Below, one piece after another: positions 23,720-32,450 of a DNA stretch of 43,109 nucleotides. A program made the position numbers and the translations under genes. The DNA comes from a virus, in the IMG/VR virus record IMGVR_UViG_3300005262_000003, one strand, 5' to 3'. The notes below the pieces were generated by a model. It was given only the letters and a program-made list of their open reading frames with translations. It did no database searches and had not been told where the DNA came from. Position 1 is the stretch's first letter, and the number at the start of each line of letters is the position of its first letter.

Positions 23720-24631
23720 ATGGCTGGCATCATCAATACCGGTACCCATCCGAAAGCACTCTGGCCGGGCGTGTTCAGCATGTTCGGCATGTCCTACAAC
23801 AACCGCGACGAATGGCGCGACCTGGTCACCGTCCAGACCTCCGACAAGCATCGCGAGGAGATGGTCCAGAACAACGGCTTCGGCCTGGCAGCCATCAAGG
23901 AACAGGGCGGCTCCATCGCCTACGACACGACGAGCCAGGGCGGTACCGCCACGGCCTACCACGTCGTGTACGGCCTCGGCTACGTCATCACCCGCGAAGC
24001 GATCGAGGACAACCTTTACGAGAAACTGGCGATGGCCCGTTCCAAGGCGCTGAAGCGCGCGATGGTCGAGACGAAGAACACCGTCGTCGCCAACTGGTTC
24101 AACCGCGGCTTCGACACGAACTATCCGGTCGGCCCGGACGCCAAGCCGCTGTTTTCGGCTGCGCACCCGTCGACGTCGGGCAACCAGAGCAATGTGCTGG
24201 CCACGGCTGCCGACCTGTCCGAAGCGTCGTTGGAAGACCTCGTCATCCAGGCCAACGGCGCGACCGACGACCGCGGCAACAAGATCGCGCTGCAGGTGCG
24301 CTCGCTGCACATCCCGCGCCAGCTCGAGTTCGAAGCAGCCCGCATCCTGAAGTCGATCAACCAGAACGACACCGCGAACAACGCCATCAACGCGCTGCGC
24401 GCGATGGGCACGTTCCCGGAAGGCTTCAAGGTGAACCACTTCTTCACCGACCCGGACGCGTTCTTCATCCGCACCGACGTCGACGACGGCCTGACGCTGT
24501 TCCAGCGCCGCGAACTGGAGTTCACGAAGGACAACGACTTCGGCACCGAGAATGCCCTGGCGAAGGCCACGGAGCGCTACTCGCTGCAGATCGGCGACTT
24601 CCGCAACTGGTACGGCAGCCAAGGCGCGTAA
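23720..24631 (+). CDS. Major capsid protein
   Basis: 303 aa. Lies after the scaffold and decoration genes and is followed by a strong terminator. Sequence character is typical of HK97-fold coat proteins. Confidence 0.7.
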   Translation: MAGIINTGTHPKALWPGVFSMFGMSYNNRDEWRDLVTVQTSDKHREEMVQNNGFGLAAIKEQGGSIAYDTTSQGGTATAYHVVYGLGYVITREAIEDNLYEKLAMARSKALKRAMVETKNTVVANWFNRGFDTNYPVGPDAKPLFSAAHPSTSGNQSNVLATAADLSEASLEDLVIQANGATDDRGNKIALQVRSLHIPRQLEFEAARILKSINQNDTANNAINALRAMGTFPEGFKVNHFFTDPDAFFIRTDVDDGLTLFQRRELEFTKDNDFGTENALAKATERYSLQIGDFRNWYGSQGA

Positions 24632-24657
24632 TCGCCGGAGGCAGCCGCAACACCTGG

Positions 24658-24686
24658 CGCCCTCGCATGTCGGGGGCGTTCTTTTT
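24658..24686 (+). terminator. Intrinsic terminator after the capsid gene
   Basis: 8-bp stem cgccctcg / cgggggcg (one G-U pair), 5-nt loop, then ttcttttt. Confidence 0.65.
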
Positions 24687-24708
24687 CATGGAACGCTAGG
24701 AGAAACAC

Positions 24709-25419
24709 ATGCCCTCCCCTTCCCGCTTTACCAACGGTATCGCCACGGTGCCGAAGGCTGCGCCGCTCGGCAACTTCGGTTTGCCCGACCCGACCGAATG
24801 GCACACCTATTTCGATGACTTCGACAGCTACATCGCCGCGGCCTGGGCCGTGACCGCAGTCGGTACCGGTACGGCCGCGCTGGCCAACCTCGACGGCGGC
24901 GTGCTGGTGCTGACCAACTCGGCCGCCGACAACGACAGCATCCAACTGCAGAAGGTGGGCGAATCCTTCCTGCTGACGGCAGGCAAGCGCGCCTTCTTCA
25001 AGGCTCGCTTCAAGGTATCGGACGCGACGCAATCCGACCTGGTCATCGGCCTGTGCGTGACCGACACGACCCTGATGGGCGCGACGGCTGGCGCCGGCGT
25101 GACGGACGGCGTGTTCTTCAGCAAGGACGACGGCGTGGCCACCCTGGACGTGCAGTGCCAGAAAAATGCTACGACCGGCCAGACCCGCGCCGCGGCGATC
25201 GCGACGCTCGCGAACGACACCTTCGTCACCGTGGCCTGGGCCTATGACGGCAAGGGCGAGATCGCCTACTTCGTCAACGACCAGCAGCTCGGCACGCTGA
25301 ACGCCAGCGCGGCCTACCTGCCCGACACCACCCTGACCGCGTCGTTCGGGATCATGAACGGCGAGGCGCTCGCCAAGTCCATGACCGTCGACTACATGTT
25401 CGCGTCCGCCGAGCGCTGA
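24709..25419 (+). CDS. Virion protein, 236 aa, predicted beta-sandwich/jelly-roll (head fibre or decoration?)
   Basis: AGGAG Shine-Dalgarno. FDDFDSY...W...GGVLVLTNSAADNDSIQL pattern seen in ConA/LamG-like phage proteins. Confidence 0.55.
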   Translation: MPSPSRFTNGIATVPKAAPLGNFGLPDPTEWHTYFDDFDSYIAAAWAVTAVGTGTAALANLDGGVLVLTNSAADNDSIQLQKVGESFLLTAGKRAFFKARFKVSDATQSDLVIGLCVTDTTLMGATAGAGVTDGVFFSKDDGVATLDVQCQKNATTGQTRAAAIATLANDTFVTVAWAYDGKGEIAYFVNDQQLGTLNASAAYLPDTTLTASFGIMNGEALAKSMTVDYMFASAER

Positions 25420-25457
25420 TCAATCGGGGCTTCGGCCCCTTCCACCTGGAGGCCATC

Positions 25458-25838
25458 ATGGCAGACGCAGTAACCAGCCAGATTCTCGTGGACGGCGAAC
25501 GCAACGCGGTCATGAAGTTCACGAACATTTCCGACGGCACCGGCGAGACGGCCGTGCTGAAGGTCGACGTCTCGACGCTGGCCGGCGCGCCGAGCTCGGT
25601 CAAGATCACCCACATCGAGTACGACATCTTCGGCATGCAGGTCGCAATCCTGTGGGACGCGACCACCGACGTGCCGGCAATCGTCTTGAGCCAGGGCCAG
25701 CAGCGTTTCGACTTCACGAGCGTCGGCGGCCTCATCAACAACGGCGGCGCGGGCGTGAACGGCGACATCCTGTTCACCACCATCGGCGCGAGCGCGAACG
25801 ACTCCTACTCGATCGTGCTGCACATGAAGAAGAGCTGA
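25458..25838 (+). CDS. Virion-module protein, 126 aa
   Basis: GGAGG Shine-Dalgarno. ORF track. Confidence 0.65.
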   Translation: MADAVTSQILVDGERNAVMKFTNISDGTGETAVLKVDVSTLAGAPSSVKITHIEYDIFGMQVAILWDATTDVPAIVLSQGQQRFDFTSVGGLINNGGAGVNGDILFTTIGASANDSYSIVLHMKKS

Positions 25839-25840
25839 CC

Positions 25841-26086
25841 ATGGCGGGCGACACGTTCATCCTGGGCGACTCGAACGCCATCTGCGACTGCTGCGGGTTC
25901 CAGTTCAAGCTGTCCCAGCTGCGCAAGCGCTGGGACGGTGCGATGGTGTGTTCGAAGGACTGGGAGCCGCGGCACCCGCAGGACTTCGTGAAGGCCCGCC
26001 CGGAGCGCAACCACGTCAAGAATGCCCGGCCAGGCGCTGAGCCGCGCTTCGTCGGGCCCAACGAGATCACGGCGGACGACCTATGA
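25841..26086 (+). CDS. Small Cys-containing protein, 81 aa (CDCCG...VCSKDWEPRHPQD)
   Basis: Internal ATG 25841, 2 nt after the upstream stop. Confidence 0.6.
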   Translation: MAGDTFILGDSNAICDCCGFQFKLSQLRKRWDGAMVCSKDWEPRHPQDFVKARPERNHVKNARPGAEPRFVGPNEITADDL

Positions 26087-26514
26087 CCATCATTGCATGG
26101 GACGGCAAGACCCTGGCCGCCGACAAGCGAGGCACCGTAGCCGGCATGGGTTACGCCGTGACAAAAATCCACAGATTGCCCGATGGCCTGGTCGCATTCT
26201 CTGGCGGCGGTGCGCATGCTGCAGAACTGCTGAACTGGTTCCATGGCTCTCGAAACCCTGATACGTATCCCCGCCGCGACGATGACAGTGGGGCCGGTGC
26301 GTTGCACATCGACGCACAGGGACGCGTTTTCATGTACAGCGCGGCGAATCCTTTCCCGGAGCGCATCGAGAGTCCGTACTTCGCGCGGGGCTCTGGACGC
26401 GATTACGCCATGGCGGCGATGCACTTGGGCTGCGACGCTCGCCGCGCTGTAGAAGTCGCCTGTGCTTTCGATATCGGCTGCGGGCACGGCATCGATACTT
26501 TGGAGCTGAAATGA
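26083..26514 (+). CDS. HslV/proteasome-beta-like Ntn-hydrolase (threonine peptidase)
   Basis: MTIIAWDGKTLAADKRGT (Thr2 nucleophile position), TKIHRL, VAFSGGGAHAA and ARGSGRDYAMAAM. These line up with HslV TTIVSV..GDGQ, KKVRRL, AGFAGGTADAF and GSGG.YA.AAA. Confidence 0.7.
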   Translation: MTIIAWDGKTLAADKRGTVAGMGYAVTKIHRLPDGLVAFSGGGAHAAELLNWFHGSRNPDTYPRRDDDSGAGALHIDAQGRVFMYSAANPFPERIESPYFARGSGRDYAMAAMHLGCDARRAVEVACAFDIGCGHGIDTLELK

Positions 26515-27449
26515 CCACGAGCGGAACGAACACCTTCAGCCTCTCGCGCGACGACATCATCGCGGCGGCCGCGCTGGAAAACGGCGACATCGCCCTGGGC
26601 GACACGCTGGACGCGGACACGCTGGCCCAGTACGCACTGCGGCTGAACTCCTGGGTGAAGGCCCTGATGGCCGATGGCGCGAAGCTGTGGGCGATGCAGC
26701 TGGCCACCCTCTTCCTGCAGCCGGGCGTCTGCCGTTACGTGCTGGGCACCGGTGGCACGCACTGCACCGTCAGCTACGTGCGCACGACCCTGTCCAGCAA
26801 CGCGGCGGCCGGCGCTGTCGCTGTGCAGCTCGCCAGCTTCACGGGCATGACCGCGGGCGACAACATCGGCGTGCTACTGGCCGACGGCTCGCTGTTCTGG
26901 ACGACGATCAATGGCGCGCCGGGCGCGTCGACGACGCTCACCACGGCGCTGCCGGGCGCGGCCGTCGCGGGCGCCCAGGTCTTCACGTACACCACGAAGA
27001 TCACCCGCCCGCAGCGCATCGATCCGGACGGCGCCTACTGGCGCTCCTCCGCACTGCAGGACACCCCGGTCGCGATGATCTCGCGCACCGCATACGCCCA
27101 GCAGGCCAACAAGGGCGCGCGCGGCAAGATCGTCCAGGCCTTCTACGACCCGCAGCTCGGCAACGGCGTGCTGTCGGTCTGGCCAGCGCCGGACAACGCC
27201 GCCGACGTGCTGTGCTTCTGGTACGAGCGCCGCATCGAAGACTTCAACACCGGCAGCGACACCCCCGACTTCGCCATCGAGTGGGGCGAGGCACTGATTC
27301 TCGGCCTGGCTCACCGCATGGCGCCGACGGCCGGCCTGCCGCTGACCGAACGTCAGGACTTGGAGCGCCGCGCAGCGCTGGCGCTGGACAAGGCGGAGGG
27401 CTACGACCGCGAGAACACGGGCGTGTTCTTCCAGCCGGACGTGCAATGA
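26511..27449 (+). CDS. Virion structural protein, 312 aa (possible head-to-tail adaptor)
   Basis: ATGA-coupled. Position is between the head genes and the ejection proteins. The function is a guess. Confidence 0.5.
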   Translation: MTTSGTNTFSLSRDDIIAAAALENGDIALGDTLDADTLAQYALRLNSWVKALMADGAKLWAMQLATLFLQPGVCRYVLGTGGTHCTVSYVRTTLSSNAAAGAVAVQLASFTGMTAGDNIGVLLADGSLFWTTINGAPGASTTLTTALPGAAVAGAQVFTYTTKITRPQRIDPDGAYWRSSALQDTPVAMISRTAYAQQANKGARGKIVQAFYDPQLGNGVLSVWPAPDNAADVLCFWYERRIEDFNTGSDTPDFAIEWGEALILGLAHRMAPTAGLPLTERQDLERRAALALDKAEGYDRENTGVFFQPDVQ

Positions 27450-27853
27450 GGCTGAACCTTCTTGACGTGGTCGACCCGTGGACCGTACAGGCCCCCTGGA
27501 TGACGCCACAGGAGATCGTCGCGAACCTAGATGCTCAAGTCGACGCCGGCGTGGCCCAGTACTTCTGGTCCTGCGACGGGCAGACGTGCTGGTTCGTTCG
27601 GCGCTGCACCAACCGTGTGGCCGATGTCCACCTTTTCAGCCGCTCGTCCGCGCTCGTCGCGAACTCGCGCGAGATCCAAGCACGCGTATGGGATGAGACG
27701 GGATACGCGCGGCTGGAGATGCGGACCCACGTGCGCGGCGTCTGGGCGCTGGCGCGTCGCTTGGGCTGGCGACACGAAGGCATATGCAAAGCGTCGATCG
27801 AACTGCAGGACGGCTCGGTCGTTGACGAACACACATACGGAATACTGAGATGA
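27446..27853 (+). CDS. Small protein, 135 aa, with GNAT-like C-terminal half
   Basis: ATGA-coupled internal start. YARLEMRTHVRGVWALARRLGWRHEGICKASIELQDGSVVDEHTYGILR resembles the RimJ/RimL-type GNAT C-terminus. No clear acetyl-CoA motif. Confidence 0.45.
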   Translation: MRLNLLDVVDPWTVQAPWMTPQEIVANLDAQVDAGVAQYFWSCDGQTCWFVRRCTNRVADVHLFSRSSALVANSREIQARVWDETGYARLEMRTHVRGVWALARRLGWRHEGICKASIELQDGSVVDEHTYGILR

Positions 27854-28557
27854 GCAAAGCAATCGGAACAATCGCTGGCGGCGTCGGCGGATTCCTTATC
27901 GGCGGCCCGACAGGCGCTGCAATCGGCGCGTCCATCGGCGGCGGCATTGACGGCAGTCGAGCAGCATCCGATGCCGCCAGCACGCTGCAGCAAGGCGCGG
28001 ACGCGGCGACTACAGAAGCCCGGCGCGAATACGACCTGACGCGCGCGGATCAGCTCGACCTTCTAAAGCAGCAACGCACCGACCAGCAGCCCTGGCTCGA
28101 CGCCGGCAAGAACGCGCTGGCGAAACTGGCGTCTGGCGTCGACCTCCCGACTGATCCGGGCTACCAGTTTCGGCTGAGCGAAGGCGAGAAGGCCATCCAG
28201 CGCGCGGCGTCGGGCCGCGGCGGTCTGTACTCGGGCGCGACCCTGAAGGCGCTTGCGCGCTTCAACCAGGACACGGCGTCGAACGAGTACGGTGCGTCCT
28301 GGAGCCGGCTGGCGCAAATCGCCGGTTTCGGCCAGAACGCCACCAACCAGGTCGGCCAAGCTGGCCAGAGCGCGTACGGCACGATCGCCAACGCCGGCCA
28401 GAACACGTCGAGCGCTGTGCAGAGCAACCTGACCGGCTCCGCAAACGCGCGCGCATCCGGATACGTGGGCAACACGAACTCGATCACCAACGGGGTCGGC
28501 CAAGCCCTGAACTTTTACCAGAACCAGAACCTGCTCTCGAAACTTTCGAAGGGCTGA
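27850..28557 (+). CDS. Internal virion/ejection-type protein, 235 aa
   Basis: Gly-rich hydrophobic N-terminus, then YQFRLSEGEKAIQRAASGRGGLYSGATLKAL. Low-complexity Q/N/G tail. Confidence 0.55.
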   Translation: MSKAIGTIAGGVGGFLIGGPTGAAIGASIGGGIDGSRAASDAASTLQQGADAATTEARREYDLTRADQLDLLKQQRTDQQPWLDAGKNALAKLASGVDLPTDPGYQFRLSEGEKAIQRAASGRGGLYSGATLKALARFNQDTASNEYGASWSRLAQIAGFGQNATNQVGQAGQSAYGTIANAGQNTSSAVQSNLTGSANARASGYVGNTNSITNGVGQALNFYQNQNLLSKLSKG

Positions 28558-28568
28558 AAGGGAATCGC

Positions 28569-29855
28569 ATGGCAATCGACCCGAGCATCATCATGGGCGT
28601 CAAGCCCGTCCAACTGGCGAATCCGCTGGAACAGTACATGCAGGCCCAGCAGATCCAGGGGGCGCAAAACCAGAACCGACTGGCGGACCTGATGTACAGC
28701 GAAAAGCAGCGCGACCTCGCAGCCGACAAGGTCCAGGCCGACGCCCTAGCCGGCGCCCAAGATGTCGGCGAGGCCCTCGCGAAAGCGGGCTATGGCGCGC
28801 GCGCGCTGGCCTACCGAAAGACGAAACTGGAGGCGGATGCCAAGCAGGCCGACATCGGCAAGACCCAGGCCGAGACCCAAGCGAAGCAGATCGAGACGTT
28901 GACGAAGGCGAACGGCATGATCGGCAGCGCGGCGGGCGCAATCGTACAAAATCCGACGTACGACAATGCCGTTGCCATGGTGGGCGGCTTGCGGCAGCAG
29001 TTGGGTGACGATCTGTCGAAGCGACTCGGCCTGGATACGCTGGAGATTCCAAAGGACCCGGCGCAACTGAAGGCATGGGCCCAGAACCACTACCTGGGCT
29101 CGATTGACACAGCGAAACAGCTTGAGGACGCTCGGATCAAGTCGGAAGGCTTAGCGAACCGCGGGAGCCAAGAGAAGATCGCCGCAGGGCACGATTCGAC
29201 ATCGCGCGCGAACACGGCAGCGACGGTGGCGGCCACGCGCCGCGGGCAGGACATGACCGATGCGCGGGCGCGCGAGCAGAATACCCTCGCCCGCGAGGCG
29301 CAGCAGACCCAGGTAGTCGTCGACCCGAATCAGGGCCCGCTGCTGATCAACAAGGGCACGAAAACTGCTGTGCCGGCCACGTTCGCCGATGGCACCCGCG
29401 TCCCGGGCGAAAACGCCGTTGCCGCGCGCAAGCTGAACGACCAGCTCAAGGCCGGGATCGCCTCCGCGCGCGAGCTGATCCCGAAGGCGACGGCAAGCGG
29501 CGCAGGCGCGATGCTGGACAACGCCGCGGCGTTCTTCGGCAAGTCGACAGAAGGCGCGGACGCGGCGGCCCAGCTCGATACAATCGCCGGCTGGATGACG
29601 TCGAACGTGCCGCGTATGCAGGGCCCGCAGTCGGACAAGGACGTGTTGCTGTATAAGCAGATGGCCGGCGACGTCGCCAATCGCAACCTGCCGGTCTCAC
29701 GCCGTTTGGCCTCGCTGGACGGACTTGAGAAGCTGCTGGGCAAGTACGCGGACATCAATCAAGCCGGTACGCCCGCGCCCGCTGCCGCGCCGGCCGCCGC
29801 TGGCGCCGTGCCAGCTGACATCGCGGCCCTGCTGAAAAAACACGGAGGAAAGTAA
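28569..29855 (+). CDS. Internal virion/ejection-type protein, 428 aa
   Basis: AAGGGA Shine-Dalgarno. Long Ala/Gln/Lys-rich helical protein. Confidence 0.55.
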   Translation: MAIDPSIIMGVKPVQLANPLEQYMQAQQIQGAQNQNRLADLMYSEKQRDLAADKVQADALAGAQDVGEALAKAGYGARALAYRKTKLEADAKQADIGKTQAETQAKQIETLTKANGMIGSAAGAIVQNPTYDNAVAMVGGLRQQLGDDLSKRLGLDTLEIPKDPAQLKAWAQNHYLGSIDTAKQLEDARIKSEGLANRGSQEKIAAGHDSTSRANTAATVAATRRGQDMTDARAREQNTLAREAQQTQVVVDPNQGPLLINKGTKTAVPATFADGTRVPGENAVAARKLNDQLKAGIASARELIPKATASGAGAMLDNAAAFFGKSTEGADAAAQLDTIAGWMTSNVPRMQGPQSDKDVLLYKQMAGDVANRNLPVSRRLASLDGLEKLLGKYADINQAGTPAPAAAPAAAGAVPADIAALLKKHGGK

Positions 29856-31582
29856 TGCCCACTCGCGACGAGCTGTACAACGCCCTGCGCAACGCCGATA
29901 AGACCGGCGACGCCGAGGGCGCGCGCAAGCTGGCGGCCTACATTCAGTCGCTGCCGGCCGAGACCCCGGCCGCGGCGTCCACGCAGCCGGCGGAGCAACC
30001 GGGCATGCTCGACAGCATCAAGAAAGGCGCCGTCAATCTGGCTGCGGGTGCGGTGCGCGGCGCCGGCTCCATCGGTGCCACGATCCTTGCCCCTGTCGAC
30101 ATTATCAGCGACGCCATGGACGGGAAAGGCGTTTCCCTCGAATCGAACCGGAAGCGCCGCGCCGACATCGACTCGGGCCTAACCTATCTGGTGGGCTCCG
30201 ATCCGGACTCTCTCGCGTACAAGGCGGGCAAGCTCGGTGGCGAGGTGGCGGGGACGGCTGGCGTGGGCGCGGCGCTGGCCGGCGGGCTGCGCGCGGCGGC
30301 ACCAGCAGCAGAAGCCGTTGGCATGTCTGGCGCCACGCTGCAACGGATCGCAAACGCCGTGGGAACCAGCGGATTTCGCACCGGGGCGCCGCGCGCCCAG
30401 TCACTGGCCGAGATGGCGTCGAACGCGGGCACGCGCGCGGCCGGCGGCGCGGTGACGGGCGGCGCGAGCGCGGCGCTTGTGGATCCGGAGCATGCGGGCG
30501 CCGGGGCTGCGATTGGCGCGGTGCTGCCGGGGGCTGCGCAGATGCTCGGTGCACCCACTCGGGCTGCGGTCAGGGGGATAGGCAAAGCGCTCACCGGCGG
30601 CGAGATATCTCCGGAGGTCGTCGCGCTGGCTGATCGCGCGAAGCAACTCGGCATCGACATTCCGGCCGACCGTATCGCCGACAGCAAGCCATTGAATGCC
30701 GTGGCCGCAGGCTTGAATTACGTCCCGTTCAGCGGGCGCGCCGCGACCGAGCAGGCTATGCAGAACCAGCTGAACCGCGCACTGAGCGCGACGTTCGGTC
30801 AGCACTCGGCGAACGTGACGGCGGCACTGCGCAAGGCACAGGGCGACCTGGGCGGTGAATTTGACCGCGTGCTCCGCTCGAACACCGTCCGCGTCGACCA
30901 GCCTTTCCTGGACGCGCTGTCGGAAGCAGAGTCCCGCGCGACCAGCGAACTGGGGTCAGATGGCGCCCGCGTCATCAAGAACCAGATCGACGAGATCATG
31001 AACAAGGTCGACGCGAACGGAGAGATCGACGGTCAGGCCGCCTACAACATCAAGCGCGTCTTGGATCGCATCGGCCGTCGCAGCACGCCCGAGGCCTACT
31101 ACGCCAGCGACCTCAAGCGCGACCTGATGGGTGCTCTCGACCGCTCGATGACACCAGAGGCGTCGGCAGCCTTCGCGAAGACGCGGCAGCAGTACGGCAA
31201 CATGCTCGCGCTCGAAAAGTTGGCGAAAAACGGGGTGGACGGCGACATCTCGATCGCGCGCCTGGCGAACCTGAAGAACATCAACAACAAGGACTTGCAG
31301 GAATTAGCCGACATCGCGGCACAGTTCCTGAAGCCGAGGGAAGGAGCTCACGGCGGAGCGCAACGGGCTGCGGCGGCAATTGCTGCGGCAACGATGGCGG
31401 GGCCTGTAAAAGCGGCTGTCGGAATGGCCGCAGGTCGTGCGACAAACAAGGCGCTGAACAGCGGCACCCTTAGAGACTTGATGACCGGGCAGCCGATGCA
31501 AAGCCCCGCGATCCAGGCGGCTACGAGTCCGAATCTGCTTCAGTACCTTTATCGGACGGCTCCGGTGGTCGGCTCCGACTAG
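29855..31582 (+). CDS. Internal virion/ejection-type protein, 575 aa
   Basis: GGAGGAA Shine-Dalgarno. TAATG coupling. Ala/Gly-rich segments. Confidence 0.55.
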   Translation: MPTRDELYNALRNADKTGDAEGARKLAAYIQSLPAETPAAASTQPAEQPGMLDSIKKGAVNLAAGAVRGAGSIGATILAPVDIISDAMDGKGVSLESNRKRRADIDSGLTYLVGSDPDSLAYKAGKLGGEVAGTAGVGAALAGGLRAAAPAAEAVGMSGATLQRIANAVGTSGFRTGAPRAQSLAEMASNAGTRAAGGAVTGGASAALVDPEHAGAGAAIGAVLPGAAQMLGAPTRAAVRGIGKALTGGEISPEVVALADRAKQLGIDIPADRIADSKPLNAVAAGLNYVPFSGRAATEQAMQNQLNRALSATFGQHSANVTAALRKAQGDLGGEFDRVLRSNTVRVDQPFLDALSEAESRATSELGSDGARVIKNQIDEIMNKVDANGEIDGQAAYNIKRVLDRIGRRSTPEAYYASDLKRDLMGALDRSMTPEASAAFAKTRQQYGNMLALEKLAKNGVDGDISIARLANLKNINNKDLQELADIAAQFLKPREGAHGGAQRAAAAIAAATMAGPVKAAVGMAAGRATNKALNSGTLRDLMTGQPMQSPAIQAATSPNLLQYLYRTAPVVGSD

Positions 31583-31589
31583 TGCCCTC

Positions 31590-32450
31590 ACGCCAACCCT
31601 GGACGGCACTGAAAATCACGACGAGCACGAGGAGCGCCCCGGCTTTCCACAGTTTGAAGGTGATGTAGTCGCTCAATTTATGCCCTGGATTGGATATGTG
31701 CCCAGTTTTTCCCATTCAGGATTGAGCTAATTGCGCTATTAGTGACGCCAAATTCGCGCGCCAGCTTGGTCGCGATTCCATATTTTTTCGGCTGACTTTT
31801 TATATATCGAACCTGCTCTTCGGTTAGCTTCGCGCAACCGTTTTGAGGCCCACGCTGAGCTGTCGGCTTCCAACCGAGAGCCTTAATCGCATGCTGAGCA
31901 TTGCCGGCATATGTTGTGATTTCAAGATTGGTCACCGCATTGTTCTTGGGGTTTCCATCCAAATGGTTAATACACAGGCCAGCCGGTATCGGGCCAATAA
32001 ACGTCTGCGCGATCAGTCTGTGCACCAAATGCCTGTGCGACTTTCCATCTTTGCGGAGCTGCACCATGAAGTAGCCGGTCGTTAGCAGAGATCCTTGAAT
32101 AAAACGATGTGCAGGGTCATTGGCCCAGTTAAGTCCTTTGAAAATCATGGCAATGTTTCTCTTACTAACTCCGAATTGGTTTGCAATTTTTTGATGAGAC
32201 AAACCTTTTTCACGTAAGGCCACGATGTTTGGAATATCCGCTGCGCAAAGCTTTTTCCCTCGCTCTAATCTACGAATCCTGCCCTGATTACTGGCTTCGT
32301 AGATCCCCTCAAAACCTGCAATCGGCTTCCAGTCTTCAACCATGAGAATCCCTTTTGTTGGAGGAGCCTATCTTTCTAGGTCCCTCAATTTTAGCGCGTC
32401 GCGGTGTATCAATCTATATCCGGTTCTTGATGAATCAGGAGGCAATGCCA
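31590..32450. mobile_element. Homing-endonuclease insertion with flanking low-G+C tract
   Basis: The compositional dip extends about 110 nt into the 5' end of the downstream hub gene. My hand count is 45 G+C in nt 32342-32441. Confidence 0.6.
31678..32343 (-). CDS. Free-standing HNH homing endonuclease (NUMOD4-like N-terminus, HNH core, C-terminal HTH modules)
   Basis: WKPIAGFEGIYEASNQGRIRRL; HRLIAQTFIGPIPAGLCINHLDGNPKNNAVTNLE; IATKLAREFGVTNSAISSILNGKNW. Opposite strand inside the structural operon. Low G+C. Confidence 0.9.
   Translation of the reverse strand: MVEDWKPIAGFEGIYEASNQGRIRRLERGKKLCAADIPNIVALREKGLSHQKIANQFGVSKRNIAMIFKGLNWANDPAHRFIQGSLLTTGYFMVQLRKDGKSHRHLVHRLIAQTFIGPIPAGLCINHLDGNPKNNAVTNLEITTYAGNAQHAIKALGWKPTAQRGPQNGCAKLTEEQVRYIKSQPKKYGIATKLAREFGVTNSAISSILNGKNWAHIQSRA

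Noticed and set aside
31521-31715. 64-aa minus-strand ORF with a hydrophobic segment, downstream of the homing endonuclease.
   Set aside because: It overlaps the endonuclease 3' end and the 3' end of the 575-aa ejection-protein gene. It has no Shine-Dalgarno and no independent support. A short membrane peptide cannot be fully excluded.
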